Below, in pieces: positions 49,392 through 60,791 of a DNA stretch of 64,000 nt (positions within the stretch are counted from its first letter, which is position 1; each line of letters begins with the position of its first letter). The stretch comes from Neoconidiobolus thromboides FSU 785 (taxonomy: Eukaryota > Fungi > Entomophthoromycota). Position numbers and translations under genes: made by a program. The stretch covers positions 11,459 through 75,458 of the forward strand of contig MU626363.1 in the NCBI GenBank assembly GCA_025603075.1, read 5' to 3'. The notes below the pieces were generated by a model. The model was not told where the DNA came from. It was given only the letters and a program-made list of their open reading frames with translations, and searched no databases.

Positions 49392-50855
49392 TTAGTTCTC
49401 AGTAAATATTATCAAATCTTTCTTTAGTAAATGCTTTGCACTTAGATGTTTTTTAAGGGATTCACTATCACTACATTTGATCACTTTTAAGTCGGGCGCC
49501 ATTATAAGCAATGCTTCTAGTATAACATTATCAATAAAAGATCCCTTAATACCTATCGCCCCCAATTTTAGTGGCTTGGTATTCAAATTCATTAATTGGG
49601 GCATCATAGTATTTACTGGTATTTCGCTCCTTGTCCTTGTAGATGTTATATCCAATGTTACTACATTTAACAAACTCATAACTAAGTAACTTAAAAATAA
49701 AAAACCAATTGGATAAGCACCCCGGATTGCTAATGTTGCAAGGTTTGCTATTGGAGCAGTATCCATCTTTCTGCGCCTTACCAATAATGAAAAATGCTCA
49801 TCTGTTATACTATTCCCATTTAAAGATAGTGTTCGTAAAGTTGGATGCTGGAATATAGTTGTAACATGCTCAATAGATAAATTTGCACAGTTATCTAATG
49901 TCAAAGTAACTAATTGAGGGAATCTCTGCATTGTAAAATAATATTCGACATCCATATTCAAACGTGCTAAACTAATTGTACTTAATCCATAATTGCTGCC
50001 TACTAATAATTGTGAAAATTTGATCCCTTCTTCAATCAATTGCTTACTGCCTACTATTTTAAGTCTCTTTAATTTTGGTATCTTACTGTTTAATAACTTT
50101 AGTTTGGCTGTGTTTTTAGTGATATCGGCCAATGCCCCAAATGACAATTCTTTATATCGATGTATCGATTTTTCTAATGCTAAGAGACCTTCTTCATAAA
50201 ACGCTTCCGTTGCCAAATCCAAACAATCTAACTCTGGAAATCTATTTTCTATATACCTTATTGTGTTATCTTCAACCAAAGTTAGCTGACCCAAACTTAA
50301 CGTCTTTAAACTGTCATTTAAAAAAAATAATATTTCTTGTAAACAAGGGGTCTCAATATTCATTCGATTAATTCTTAATGTTAGTATCTTTGGAAATTTG
50401 GGTATCTGTGCTAAAGTTGTGATTTCTTTATTTACTGGACTACCTAAAGTTAAATGTCGAATTTCTGTTCCATAGTACTTATACACTAAATCTAACACTT
50501 CATTTACTGGGCATTGTTCGATTTTAATAGTATATATAATTTTGCAGTTTTTAAATAAAGTTTCATAAAACGGAAGGTCATGAGAGTTAGTTAACATGAT
50601 CCTCCTCACATAACCTCCATATTTTACTAAAGATTCTTCCATTTCAATCTCTGCTTTCTCTTCGTTGTATTCTACCCACTCTTCGGTAAACTCATAGTTA
50701 ATTTGTCTTAATATAATTTCACAAAACGTAGTATTTAAGTCCATTAGCCTTAACTTTTCCAATTTGGACGCCCAATGAATTAATTTCAAAATTGTATTTT
50801 TAGTGTACCTATTCTTTTCTTTCAGCTTGACTGACTCATTATTATTGGTACTCAT
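49392..50855 (-). CDS. leucine-rich-repeat (RNI-like) protein, possible degenerate N-terminal F-box
   Basis: 487-aa intronless ORF with repeated LxxLxL motifs (LKTLSL, LVTLTLDNC, LRTLSLNGN, VVTLDIT); F-box assignment is weak. Confidence 0.65.
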   Translation of the reverse strand: MSTNNNESVKLKEKNRYTKNTILKLIHWASKLEKLRLMDLNTTFCEIILRQINYEFTEEWVEYNEEKAEIEMEESLVKYGGYVRRIMLTNSHDLPFYETLFKNCKIIYTIKIEQCPVNEVLDLVYKYYGTEIRHLTLGSPVNKEITTLAQIPKFPKILTLRINRMNIETPCLQEILFFLNDSLKTLSLGQLTLVEDNTIRYIENRFPELDCLDLATEAFYEEGLLALEKSIHRYKELSFGALADITKNTAKLKLLNSKIPKLKRLKIVGSKQLIEEGIKFSQLLVGSNYGLSTISLARLNMDVEYYFTMQRFPQLVTLTLDNCANLSIEHVTTIFQHPTLRTLSLNGNSITDEHFSLLVRRRKMDTAPIANLATLAIRGAYPIGFLFLSYLVMSLLNVVTLDITSTRTRSEIPVNTMMPQLMNLNTKPLKLGAIGIKGSFIDNVILEALLIMAPDLKVIKCSDSESLKKHLSAKHLLKKDLIIFTEN

Positions 50856-51116
50856 CCTTTTAATAACTTTTAATTAAAATTGTTGATGTAAATTGTATTT
50901 AACAAACATTTTACAAATACTCATTTTTAAGAATACTTTAAACATGAACCATTGTTTTTATTGGCTACAATTTATAAATCATTCAATTTTATGGGAAACT
51001 GAAATTCTATTATAAACATAAAATTATTAAAAAATCAAATTTCCATCCAAAAATAATTTGAGTTTATTATATTAGGTGATATATAAATTGGATTTTGTAG
51101 ATGGAAGATAGTAAAA

Positions 51117-54100
51117 CTAAGCATTGTTAGTTGTATTTTGATTTTGCTTATCAGTGGAGAATGATCTGGAATGGGAGGACATAGATTTGCGAGAACGACG
51201 TAAAGCAGAGAATACTTTATTTTTACGTTGAACATCACGACCAACAGACTCCCAAATCATTTGTTCTCTACTAACAAGTGGGGTACGGTATTGTCCTTCA
51301 TCGGAACTAAAATCAGGTAGTAAACGAAGTACTAAGCCAACTGGGAGGGAAAGGGACCCAATAAGAATGGAGATGAACCATTGATAGGCAGTAAGTGGAA
51401 CAGTTGAGAAGGCAGCACCACCAAACAAAACTAAAATAATTTGTCCAACAACCACAACTACTTGCACCAATACAAAAATTTGGTTATGAGTAATGTTTTG
51501 TAACACGTTGACTTCATCATTGATACGGCGACAATTTAACTCATTGAATACTTGCAAAAAGACAAATGCGTTGAATACACAAGTACGAAGAACTGCTTCG
51601 CCATCTGGACTACCAATATCAATTTGAAGTAGCTTATCTCCAAAGTAAATAAAGGCGAGATTAATACAAACTAAAGATTAATATTATAATTTAAAAAGTA
51701 ATAATAAAACAAACTTACTTTGGAAAATTGCTTGCCCAAAAATATGTTTCCACATTTTATTGGTAATTAATGGTGCTTTGCGATCAGTTGGGAGAGATTC
51801 TAAAAGTTCATCAGTTGGTGGCTCAGTAGCTAATGCAAGTGCAGCAAGGGTATCCATAATGAGATTGACCTTAAAAATTAGTAAATATATGTAGCAATTA
51901 AAATGAAGCTTACCCAAAGAAGTTGAACAGAGGTTAAAATAGATTCATTATTAGAGTTGGTAAGTGCAGAAATAAAGGCCAATATTACGGCAGTAATGTT
52001 AACTGTAAGTTGGAATTGTAAAAATTTACGTACGCCTTGGTTTACTGCACGACCCCATTTCATTGCCTTAACAATAGAATTGAAGTTGTCATCCATAAGG
52101 ATAATAGCTGAGGCTTCTTTAGCTACTTCAGTTCCAGCAATACCCATTGAAAATCCTACATCTGCCATCTTGAGCGCTGGTCCATCATTAGTACCATCGC
52201 CAGTCATTGCAACGACATCTCCAAGTTTTTGAAGAGTACGGACAACAATTTGTTTATCTGAAGGAGAAGATCTAGCCAAAACTTGTAATCTAGGAACAGT
52301 TTCAGCTAATTGGCTTTCATTAAGTTTACGTAATTCAGGACCAGTCATAACAGTACCACCCTTAGAATAGATACCAGCTTTGGTAGCAATAGCTTTGGCA
52401 GTTTCAAGATTGTCACCAGTAATCATTTTAACGTATACACCAGCATCACGACATTTAGTAACAGAGTCTTTAACTCCATCACGTAATGGATCCTCAATAC
52501 CAACAATACCGATCATTACTAATTTTTCAAGTGGTGCTTCCTCTTCAGAAAAAGAATCTAAATCACTTTGAGAAACTTCTCTAAAGGCTAAAGAGATTGT
52601 ACGTAATGCTTCAACAGCGAATCCATGGATAGTGAGCTTAAAGTTTTCTTTAGCTTCTTTAGATAATGGCTTAGTTTCTCCATCACCATCTAAGTAATGA
52701 GTACAGGCTCCTAAGATGATTTCAGAGGCACCCTTAGAATATACACGATACTCAGAGTTACTATCGGGAGTTTCTACAATGGTAGTCATGGATTTGACTT
52801 TCGAAGCAAAAGGATAAACACGAGCTTGTTTGCGGTGTTTACGAATTTGGTTATAATCTTCACCCATCCCTTTAAGGAAAGTCAAAAGGGCTACTTCGGT
52901 CTTAGAGCCGATGAAAGTAAAGTTACCATCTTCATCTTTTCCTTCAAAAGCGGATGAATTACAAGCAATGGCTTCATTGAGAGTAATTAAAACTTGTTCA
53001 GGAAGTTTTTGCTTAAATTCACTCAAGCCCTGGCAACCTTCAAGAGATTTTTCGGAAACTACTGCTTGTACAACAGTCATTTTGTTTTGAGTTAAAGTAC
53101 CAGTCTTGTCACTACAAATAACTGTTGCGTTACCCATAGTTTCACAAGCAGCTAGAACACGCACTAAATTATTGTCTTTAATCATTTGAGTGGTGGCATA
53201 AGCTAAAGCTAATGTTACTGCCATAGGAAGACCTTCTGGCACAGCAACAACAACAATAGTAATAGCTTGGATAACTATTTGTACCATAGCTGAGAAGCCA
53301 TGAGCAAAATCAGGGATATCCTTATTAATAGCAGCAGTAATCCAATATTTAAGACTAAGTGTAATTAGCATGAGAATAGCAGCAGCCATACCTAGTTTAG
53401 CAATAGATTCTGCTAAAGAGTCTAACTTTAATTGAAGGGGTGTTTCTTCATCTCCACCGTCACGCATAGCCATCATGGTTTTTCCACTAAAAGAATTAAC
53501 ACCAACGGCAATAACTAAAGCACGACCAACACCTTCTTGAACCTTTGAGCCACTAAGAATAAAAGGATCGAGTTCTTGATCTAAAGTACCTTTTTTAATA
53601 GCATCAGATTCACCTGTAGCACTAGACTCATCACAAACTAAATGGTGACCAGAGATGTAAACGCCATCAACTGGGCAGATATCTCCAGGCTCCATACATA
53701 AAACATCACCTACAACAAGTTCAAACACAGAAATTTCTTCTTCACGGCCATCACGTACTACTTTGACTAAACGATCATCTTTTTTAGCATTTAATTTGCG
53801 GAATTGTTTTTCCTTTTGATAATCATTGACAGCGTTGGTAAGGACAACAACTAAGACTGCAACAATAATAGCAGCACCTTCTACCCAACCAACCCTAGGT
53901 TCATCCCCATTAGGGTCCTTTTGAGAATCTTCATACAAGCCAACGGCAAGTGAAACTAAAGAAGCAATACTCAATAAAATCAAAGTATGATCTTGATAAG
54001 CTTCCCAAATTAAAGAAAGTAAAGAACGTTGCTCAGTTTCAGGCATAACGTTTTTACCGTATACTTCCTGACGAGCACAACTACCACTATCATACCCTTG

Positions 54101-54301
54101 GATACTTTCATCTTTCAAAAGACCAGTGCTAAGATCAACCTTTAAACCTTTAGCTAAACCATCAACATTACCTAATTTTTTTAATGAATCTGGGGATTTC
54201 GGGTCCACTAAGTCACATAGCTGGCTTGGTTCAAATGGAAATGGATTATTTGCTTGATGCTGGCTTTGCCCATTCAACAATGGGGTTCTTTCAGTCGGCA
54301 T
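51117..54301 (-). CDS. PMC1: P2B-type Ca2+-transporting ATPase (3 exons)
   Basis: DESSATGES, VVAVPEGLP, CSDKTGTLT, TGDN, TGDGTNDGPALK, W|VNLIMDTLAALALATE; likely start MPTERTPLL at 54301. Confidence 0.95.
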
Positions 54302-55343
54302 TTTGTAAAGTTTCAAACTATTAAAAAGTTGGAACTAACTAGAGTATTTATATTTATAATAGGTGATGTAATCCCGAGTATATAAACCTTAAATTCATTG
54401 GCTATAATTTTCTTGTCTGGAATATAGATTGATCACTATTACTATAGCCAGTATTTAGCTAATACTTTAAAGCTCACTGGTCTTTGGGATATACCACTAA
54501 CCAAAAATGATTGGCTTAAAAATCTTAATATTTGTTTAAGGTAAAATAGTTCAAATTTTTCAGAGGTTTGGAATTGATAAAGTAACACTATCTACCTTCA
54601 AATATAGCAACTATTTATAGGTATTTCAATATTAGATTATTAGATTATTCAAGCTTTTATTAAAAAATAAGCTACTATTTTCATGCTAAAAAAATATTAG
54701 ACATTTATATCTTTAGATCTACTCTAGTATTAAACTGATGGCATTTGGTCAAAGTTTCTTATTTTTAGAGCAATACATAATATTAAATGTGAGTTGGGCT
54801 TTTATTCGATTTCTGCACTTTTTGAACAAACTCAAGACTGTTAGGATATATAATTGCAATAGTACTTTGTTTTGCTATATTTGTTAGCAGTCATTATGTC
54901 ATCATAAGATTAATCCCTTATTGGAAATTTCAAAAAAGCCACTGTTACAATTAATAATATCTTTTAAAATTGAGATAGTATAGGAACTTACGAAAAATTT
55001 TAATTTGTTTCTCAAAATCCAGCTTTGGTTAAAAGCTTGTATTATATGAATAACCATGTACTGCAATGTTTCATTTAGAAATTATTTTAAGCATGAATCG
55101 AGCATCTATTTTTTTACAATAACCCAATACTAAAATAGAAAAGTTACCAAAACGAGTTTATCGAATACAAACTAAAAATGCTCAGCCCATGTTTAAATTA
55201 AATCCTGGATGAAGCATTTTAGCATGTAGTTCCTACCTAATATTAGTTTTAGACTGATTTTTCAACGAATAAAATACTTTTAGTCTTAGTTTTTGAAATT
55301 AAATATTCACTATCCCCAACTTTTTTATGTAAACATAGCATAT

Positions 55344-55437
55344 GGGAGTGTTTTGACTTCATTATTTTTTCCATTTTTAAGCGCTATTTGAGCGGAAAAA
55401 TTGTTTGTAAAGTTCTTAAACGCAAAAATACATTCCC
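55344..55437 (-). mobile_element. MITE family A copy
   Basis: GGGAGTGTTTTG...AATACATTCCC; ATAT on both flanks. Confidence 0.85.
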
Positions 55438-55933
55438 ATATTGTAGTCAAGCTAATTTGTTCATAAAATCTCAATTTTAAACAGCCAATGACATTATCAT
55501 TAATATTAAAGTACTTTATAACAAACTGCTCCATCAAAGGTTACAATTTTGAGTATATTTATGCTTTTGTGAATAAGGTCAATGTTTCTGAATAAACATT
55601 TTACTTTAGAAAAGAATATGTCAAAGAATAATACACTGCACATAAGAAGCCTCCATCTAGGTACGTCCCTTTGCTTAAAATTTAACGTTCAGTAATAACT
55701 CTTATATAGCTATAATTTTAAATCTGGATGAAAACAGAAGATAAAGAAGTAATAAGACGTGAATGGAATATGGTCAAAAAAAGTGAAAGCAGTAAGAACG
55801 ATGATGATTGAAATCCCAATTTTGAATAAGTTTAGAGGATTAGAACTTAAAACTAAGGAATTCGAAAAAAAATGTTCTATTAGAATTAAAGATGTTAAGA
55901 AAAGCTTAAGTCATAAACCCAAATTACAATTGA

Positions 55934-57306
55934 ATGGCGTCAACCTATACATACTTCCAATGGATTTGTAAAAAAGCTCTCTTGAAAGTACACATCAATT
56001 CAATTTAGTCCTATTTTTATAACTTTCTTTTTAGCAAAAGCAATTTATAGACTTGCTTATTGAAATCTTGAAACACCCTAACAATAATGTTGTATATATA
56101 GACAACTCGAAAGTCAGATATTTAATAAAATGCAGAAAAAGAAATCCCCTTAGTTATTGCATGCTGTACTTTCTCCTTTCCCCTTTCCTTTTCCAATTAA
56201 TTTAATATTCAGAAAATGCCTATTATTCGAAGATAATTATTTTTACTTTAAACTTAAAAGGATGGCCGATTTGAGTTCAAAAGATTATTTATTCAATTCG
56301 TTCCTATTGTAAATATGTTATTTAACCGAACTTAGTCAAGGATTTTGGACATTGCTTTGTAAATATGCGGTAAGTTGTTTAAATTATTCTATTTTGTTTA
56401 ACTTCAATCGCCATTTTTAATTAAAGGAATAGAGTAATGTACTTATAAATTGATTAAAATCTAACAGCGATAATAGGCTGATGCACTCCTCAGGACTTGT
56501 CGATGAAATAGATAGTAAAATCCTTTTAAAAAATAAAGATCACTTTACTTTAGATCGTAGTATGGTATGGGATCATTGGACTCCCTGCGAATTTATAGTC
56601 ACAGAAGATTATGAGAAATATATAACGTATAAACTACTATCTTTAAACCTTTGCTTAGTCTTAACTAGATCGACATTTTCTATGGCTAAAGAAAAGGTGT
56701 TCTATATATATTAGGTATATAAATATTAAACAATTATTATTTAGCTACTTGAAAATGAAATAAAAAAGCTTAAACTTTTGTTTATATTTGACTTTGAGAA
56801 AAATACAGTTATACCCAATGAAGCGGATCAGCAGAGTCGCCAAGTTTATGAATCAATTTATAAACCATATTTAATAATTATATGTGGTTTGAGAAAATCA
56901 AAGAAAAGACCAAGCCATCACTATCGAGAAATCCCCTTTTTTACTAAATTATGTCTCAGGTCCTATTAAATTTATCATAATTATTTCTCTTTATCCAAAG
57001 CTTAAGTTACACTAAGGGGGGCCACAGTTTAGATTTCAGAGTATTTAATGTTTTTCACTTAAAAAAATTGGACCTGAGCTTTTAGACATTTTGAACAGCT
57101 TAAAGAATTTCACAACTAGGGAGCCTAATAATCTACATAGCATTTCTTTATATATCAGCATTACCTTTATAATTTCTTGTTATTATGGATGTACTGTCTT
57201 TGTACGTGATTATAGTCCTGAAGACAGTTTACTCTTTTCAAAGCCCCTTGAAACTTTAAGAGCTATTTCTAATTATTTTGCGACAGTGACATATGAAAGA
57301 TCCTGA
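55934..57306 (+). CDS. multi-exon gene of unknown function (boundaries uncertain)
   Basis: A chain of short open stretches separated by about 36-55 nt GT-AG segments can be joined in frame (MASTYTYFQWICKKALLK|QKQFIDLL..|KCLLFED..|QGFWTLLCKYA|..WDHWTPCEFIV..|..REIPFFTKLCL..); no family recognised. Confidence 0.45.
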
Positions 57307-57497
57307 CACTATTGAAACAAAGAAAAGGGAATCAAACCTGTATATTGCCTCCTCTTAGAAAATTAAATTAAATTGTGCTAAAAATAAAAAATAAAAGTGC
57401 ACTAAAATGAATAAAAGTTAATGTGAATCAAAAAGAAATAAAAAGAAAGTTAAATAACTATTTCAGAACATTTTATTTAATAAAAAGATAAGAATGA

Positions 57498-58595
57498 TTA
57501 ATAAAATCCCAACTGATTTTGGTGAAGAGAGTCATATGTAGCAGATGGGAAGTAAGGCTGATCAAAACTTTGATTTAAGTTTGGTTGAATATTATGGGAT
57601 TCTGTTGTAGGTTGGAAGGCATCTATGAAATAATTGTTATTATAATCACTATAATGAGAGTCATAATAATGCTGGTTTTCCAGTGGATCAGAATACCCTA
57701 GGATGGTATCGAATTGTGGAGTTGCACTCAAATGTGGGGATACATTAGCGGAATGAGAGTAAATCATTGGTTGAAATTGGTCATTTGATAATAATAATGG
57801 ACTAGTATCGTTATTCATAAATAGTGTATTAAATTGAGGCATATTATTATTTAGAGTTGGGGTTGCTACATTATCAATCTGTATATCTGGAACAATAATA
57901 GGAGGATTATTGATCTTTATGTCATTATAGTAGTTATTATTTTGATTAAAATTACTCTTGACTACAACATTTGCCAAACTATAGTTATCGCTATTTATTT
58001 GGGTTTTTGAAAATAAGTTTATATCAACTGGATTGTTGTTTAATACATGGGCTAAATCTAATTGGAATTTACGTTGGAATTTTAGTATCCATGAGATATT
58101 AGGTGTAAAATTAGGCAAGTTCATTTGTATAGATAAATTATAAGCATAACTTATTATGTCCTCTTTAGTAATATCATTTCTAATCTTAATTAATTGATTC
58201 AGCCCTTCATTTTCTTTGGCTTCATTTCCTCTATAAATCTTTGGCTTTTGGTCAACATTTAATCCATAAGTACACCATTTAAACAGTTCAATTTCTAAAT
58301 CATCAAACTCTCCTTTTCTCAATCTTTTTCTTGAATCATCATAAAAATCCAATGCTCCTTCTGTCACCAACTTTTTATTTAGTAATATTTTGGTTACAGT
58401 ACTCCTTCCTACCTTTAGTCTATTTGCTATAGCTTGATGACTTAACCCTTGTTTCGATAACTCTATTATTAATTTCTTACAGCCTATATCAAGTACCTTC
58501 CTTCTTTTTATCTCACCATCATTTTTCTTATGTGTATTGCTGTTATTGATGCACATAACAGATAAATTATCGCTCAATGACTGCACTGAATCCAT
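57498..58595 (-). CDS. CENP-B/pogo-type double-HTH DNA-binding protein without DDE domain
   Basis: SHQAIANRLKVGRSTVTKIL (psq/CENP-B HTH1), RKRLRKGEFDDLEIELFKW..ITKEDII..FTPNISWILKFQRK (HTH_Tnp_Tc5-like), then an N/Q/P/S-rich low-complexity tail. Confidence 0.8.
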   Translation of the reverse strand: MDSVQSLSDNLSVMCINNSNTHKKNDGEIKRRKVLDIGCKKLIIELSKQGLSHQAIANRLKVGRSTVTKILLNKKLVTEGALDFYDDSRKRLRKGEFDDLEIELFKWCTYGLNVDQKPKIYRGNEAKENEGLNQLIKIRNDITKEDIISYAYNLSIQMNLPNFTPNISWILKFQRKFQLDLAHVLNNNPVDINLFSKTQINSDNYSLANVVVKSNFNQNNNYYNDIKINNPPIIVPDIQIDNVATPTLNNNMPQFNTLFMNNDTSPLLLSNDQFQPMIYSHSANVSPHLSATPQFDTILGYSDPLENQHYYDSHYSDYNNNYFIDAFQPTTESHNIQPNLNQSFDQPYFPSATYDSLHQNQLGFY

Positions 58596-59935
58596 GCTTT
58601 GTTATTTATTTATTTATTTGAAATATCTTCAATAGACTGTTAACCTCCCTTTAAATAATTTTAAAAGCTTATCACGGCAAAATCTGTAATTTGACCATAA
58701 TATATGTTCTTTTAATTTTAAGAACATTGGTAAAGTTTATAATTAATGAGGAATAAATGTTGCCTTTTTAAGTAGGTCACATTTTTAATACAAGAATTTT
58801 AATTCTAATTAGGAAATAAATTATTTCATATCGCTTTATAACTTCTAATTTAATATAAAGCTTTTAATTAAATGCAAAAATACAATAGTTATTTTATCAA
58901 AACATTACAATATTATCATAATTAAATCTATTATTTTATTATTAGCATTATTATTCAATAACTTTACCTTAAAAATCTTGCACTACACCAAATTTTTATA
59001 GCAACTTTTAATTACTAATTGAAGACTAATTTTAAATTGTTTTTATAAAATTTTATTAATTAATATGATAAAAACTAACATGATGAAACCTCAAAATTAA
59101 ATATCATATCTCAAAATATCTTTTTTCTATATTATAAGCTGTTATTGACAAAAGCATCAAGAATATCATTCCTAGAACTAGCTACATTTAAATGTCTTTA
59201 TTTTATTTGTATGTAAAACTACTTCAATTAAATACTGCATATCCTCCTTTTGATCCATATTTTACCTATTATGATATCCAATCATATTAATTTATTTCTC
59301 AAATCGAATTCTGATAATCCTAATAAAACGTTATAAAAGGTCAAGTTTAATTTTTGAAGTTTTTAACTCTGAGATAAAAACATATAAGAAAGCTCTAACA
59401 AATTTCGTTTTTTGATTTTTTTGCAACTGACTGAAGTTACCTAAAATTTTATTAGTTTTATATTTTATCAGCTTGTTTAATATCTCCTTAGCTTTTTTAA
59501 ATAAAATATTGAGCCTTTTATACTTTTACGTTTTTGAAGAAGGATTATAAAATGCGATTTCAATTAAAATACAACCAATTTATTAACACAAATAGCTAAT
59601 ACAAAGGAATAGAATAATTTAAAGGTAAATACTTGGTCTTATCAAAAAAAACAAGGGTAGTACTGACAGTATTTGTTGTCCATTCAGAATTAAGCTAATG
59701 AGCCTTATTAAGTCAAAGATTCCTTTTATGACCCCAAATATCTAAAAGAAAATCCTTGAAAGATATGATACAATTGTCTCAATTAATGATATTAGATGTA
59801 TATTGAGAGATTCATGTAATTTTCTATCCTCTTTCGTTGTTTAATGTTACAGCTTAATATTGTTTATTATAAGTAAATTGACTACCAAGTTTTGTAGAAT
59901 GACTTATTAAATTTTTATACTTTTGATAAATATAT

Positions 59936-60033
59936 GGAGATATATTTTTGTGTTTAAGAATTTTGCTGATAACTTTTCCACTCAAATAGCACTTAAAAGA
60001 TGGAAAAAGTAATGAAGCCAAAAAAACACCCCC
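59936..60033 (+). mobile_element. MITE family A copy
   Basis: GGAGATATATTTTTG...AAAAAACACCCCC; ATAT on both flanks. Confidence 0.85.
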
Positions 60034-60791
60034 ATATATTATTATTTATACTATAATGAGCTTTGATTGAAATCAAGATCATCATAAATATTTTGTCAAG
60101 TATTAAATTTGAGATCTTTCATTTTTGATGTTATAATTTTTTCTAAAATTATTGAAGCTTCAAAGAGGTTCAAATGATTTACTAGTCAATTAGGATTTGT
60201 ACAATACATGATACAAAAAGGAGATTAGTATAAGAAGTAAGGGAAGATACTCATGCCCAAAATTAATTAGGCTTAGAAGACCCCTTTGTTCACAACCTTC
60301 TTTTTTACGTTGATCTCAAAAAGCCTAATGTTTAATCAATGGCGGCTTTTTAATTGTAGAATAATCTAATATGCTACAATTGGTTGTTTTAGGCCAGTAG
60401 TTTAAGATAAGAATTGGGCTCTCTTTGGGTAATATAAGCTCTAGTTAAGAAATATATGTTTTTTTAGTCTGAGCGTTACTATTGTGTCCAACGTTCTCTC
60501 TTTTCTTATTTAAATCCACAAAATTTTCTCAACAAATACTGATATAGACATGAAACTCTAAAAAAAATATACCATTATTTTTGAAACTAATATTTTGAAT
60601 TAAAAGTCTATTTTTTAAGCCTTTATGGTCTAAAGATAAATCTTATAAAATGTTTTGCTACATTCTTTAAATAATATTACTTTTAAAAATTTTCTAAATT
60701 GTGAATGCTTTTAGCATCAATAATAAAAACTTAATGATTACAATATGTATCATAGCAGTTGAAGGTATAGTAACTATATGAATATTAATAT

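Noticed and set aside
51957-52571. + strand ORFs within PMC1 (and similar short antisense ORFs in the trypsin, MFS, LRR and PARP genes)
   Set aside because: Antisense shadows of well-supported genes.
55325-55537. 70-aa ORF
   Set aside because: Spurious frame running through a MITE copy.
57498-58595. CENP-B/pogo ORF as the autonomous partner of the MITE
   Set aside because: It lacks a DDE catalytic domain and MITE-type ends, and pogo elements duplicate TA, which does not fit the ACTT and ATCT flanks.
711-60033. Dispersed repeat as a CRISPR array, tRNA-derived SINE or solo LTR
   Set aside because: Copies are dispersed in both orientations with no regular spacers or cas genes; there are no A/B boxes or poly(A) tail; terminal inverted repeats and hairpin symmetry point to a DNA-type element.
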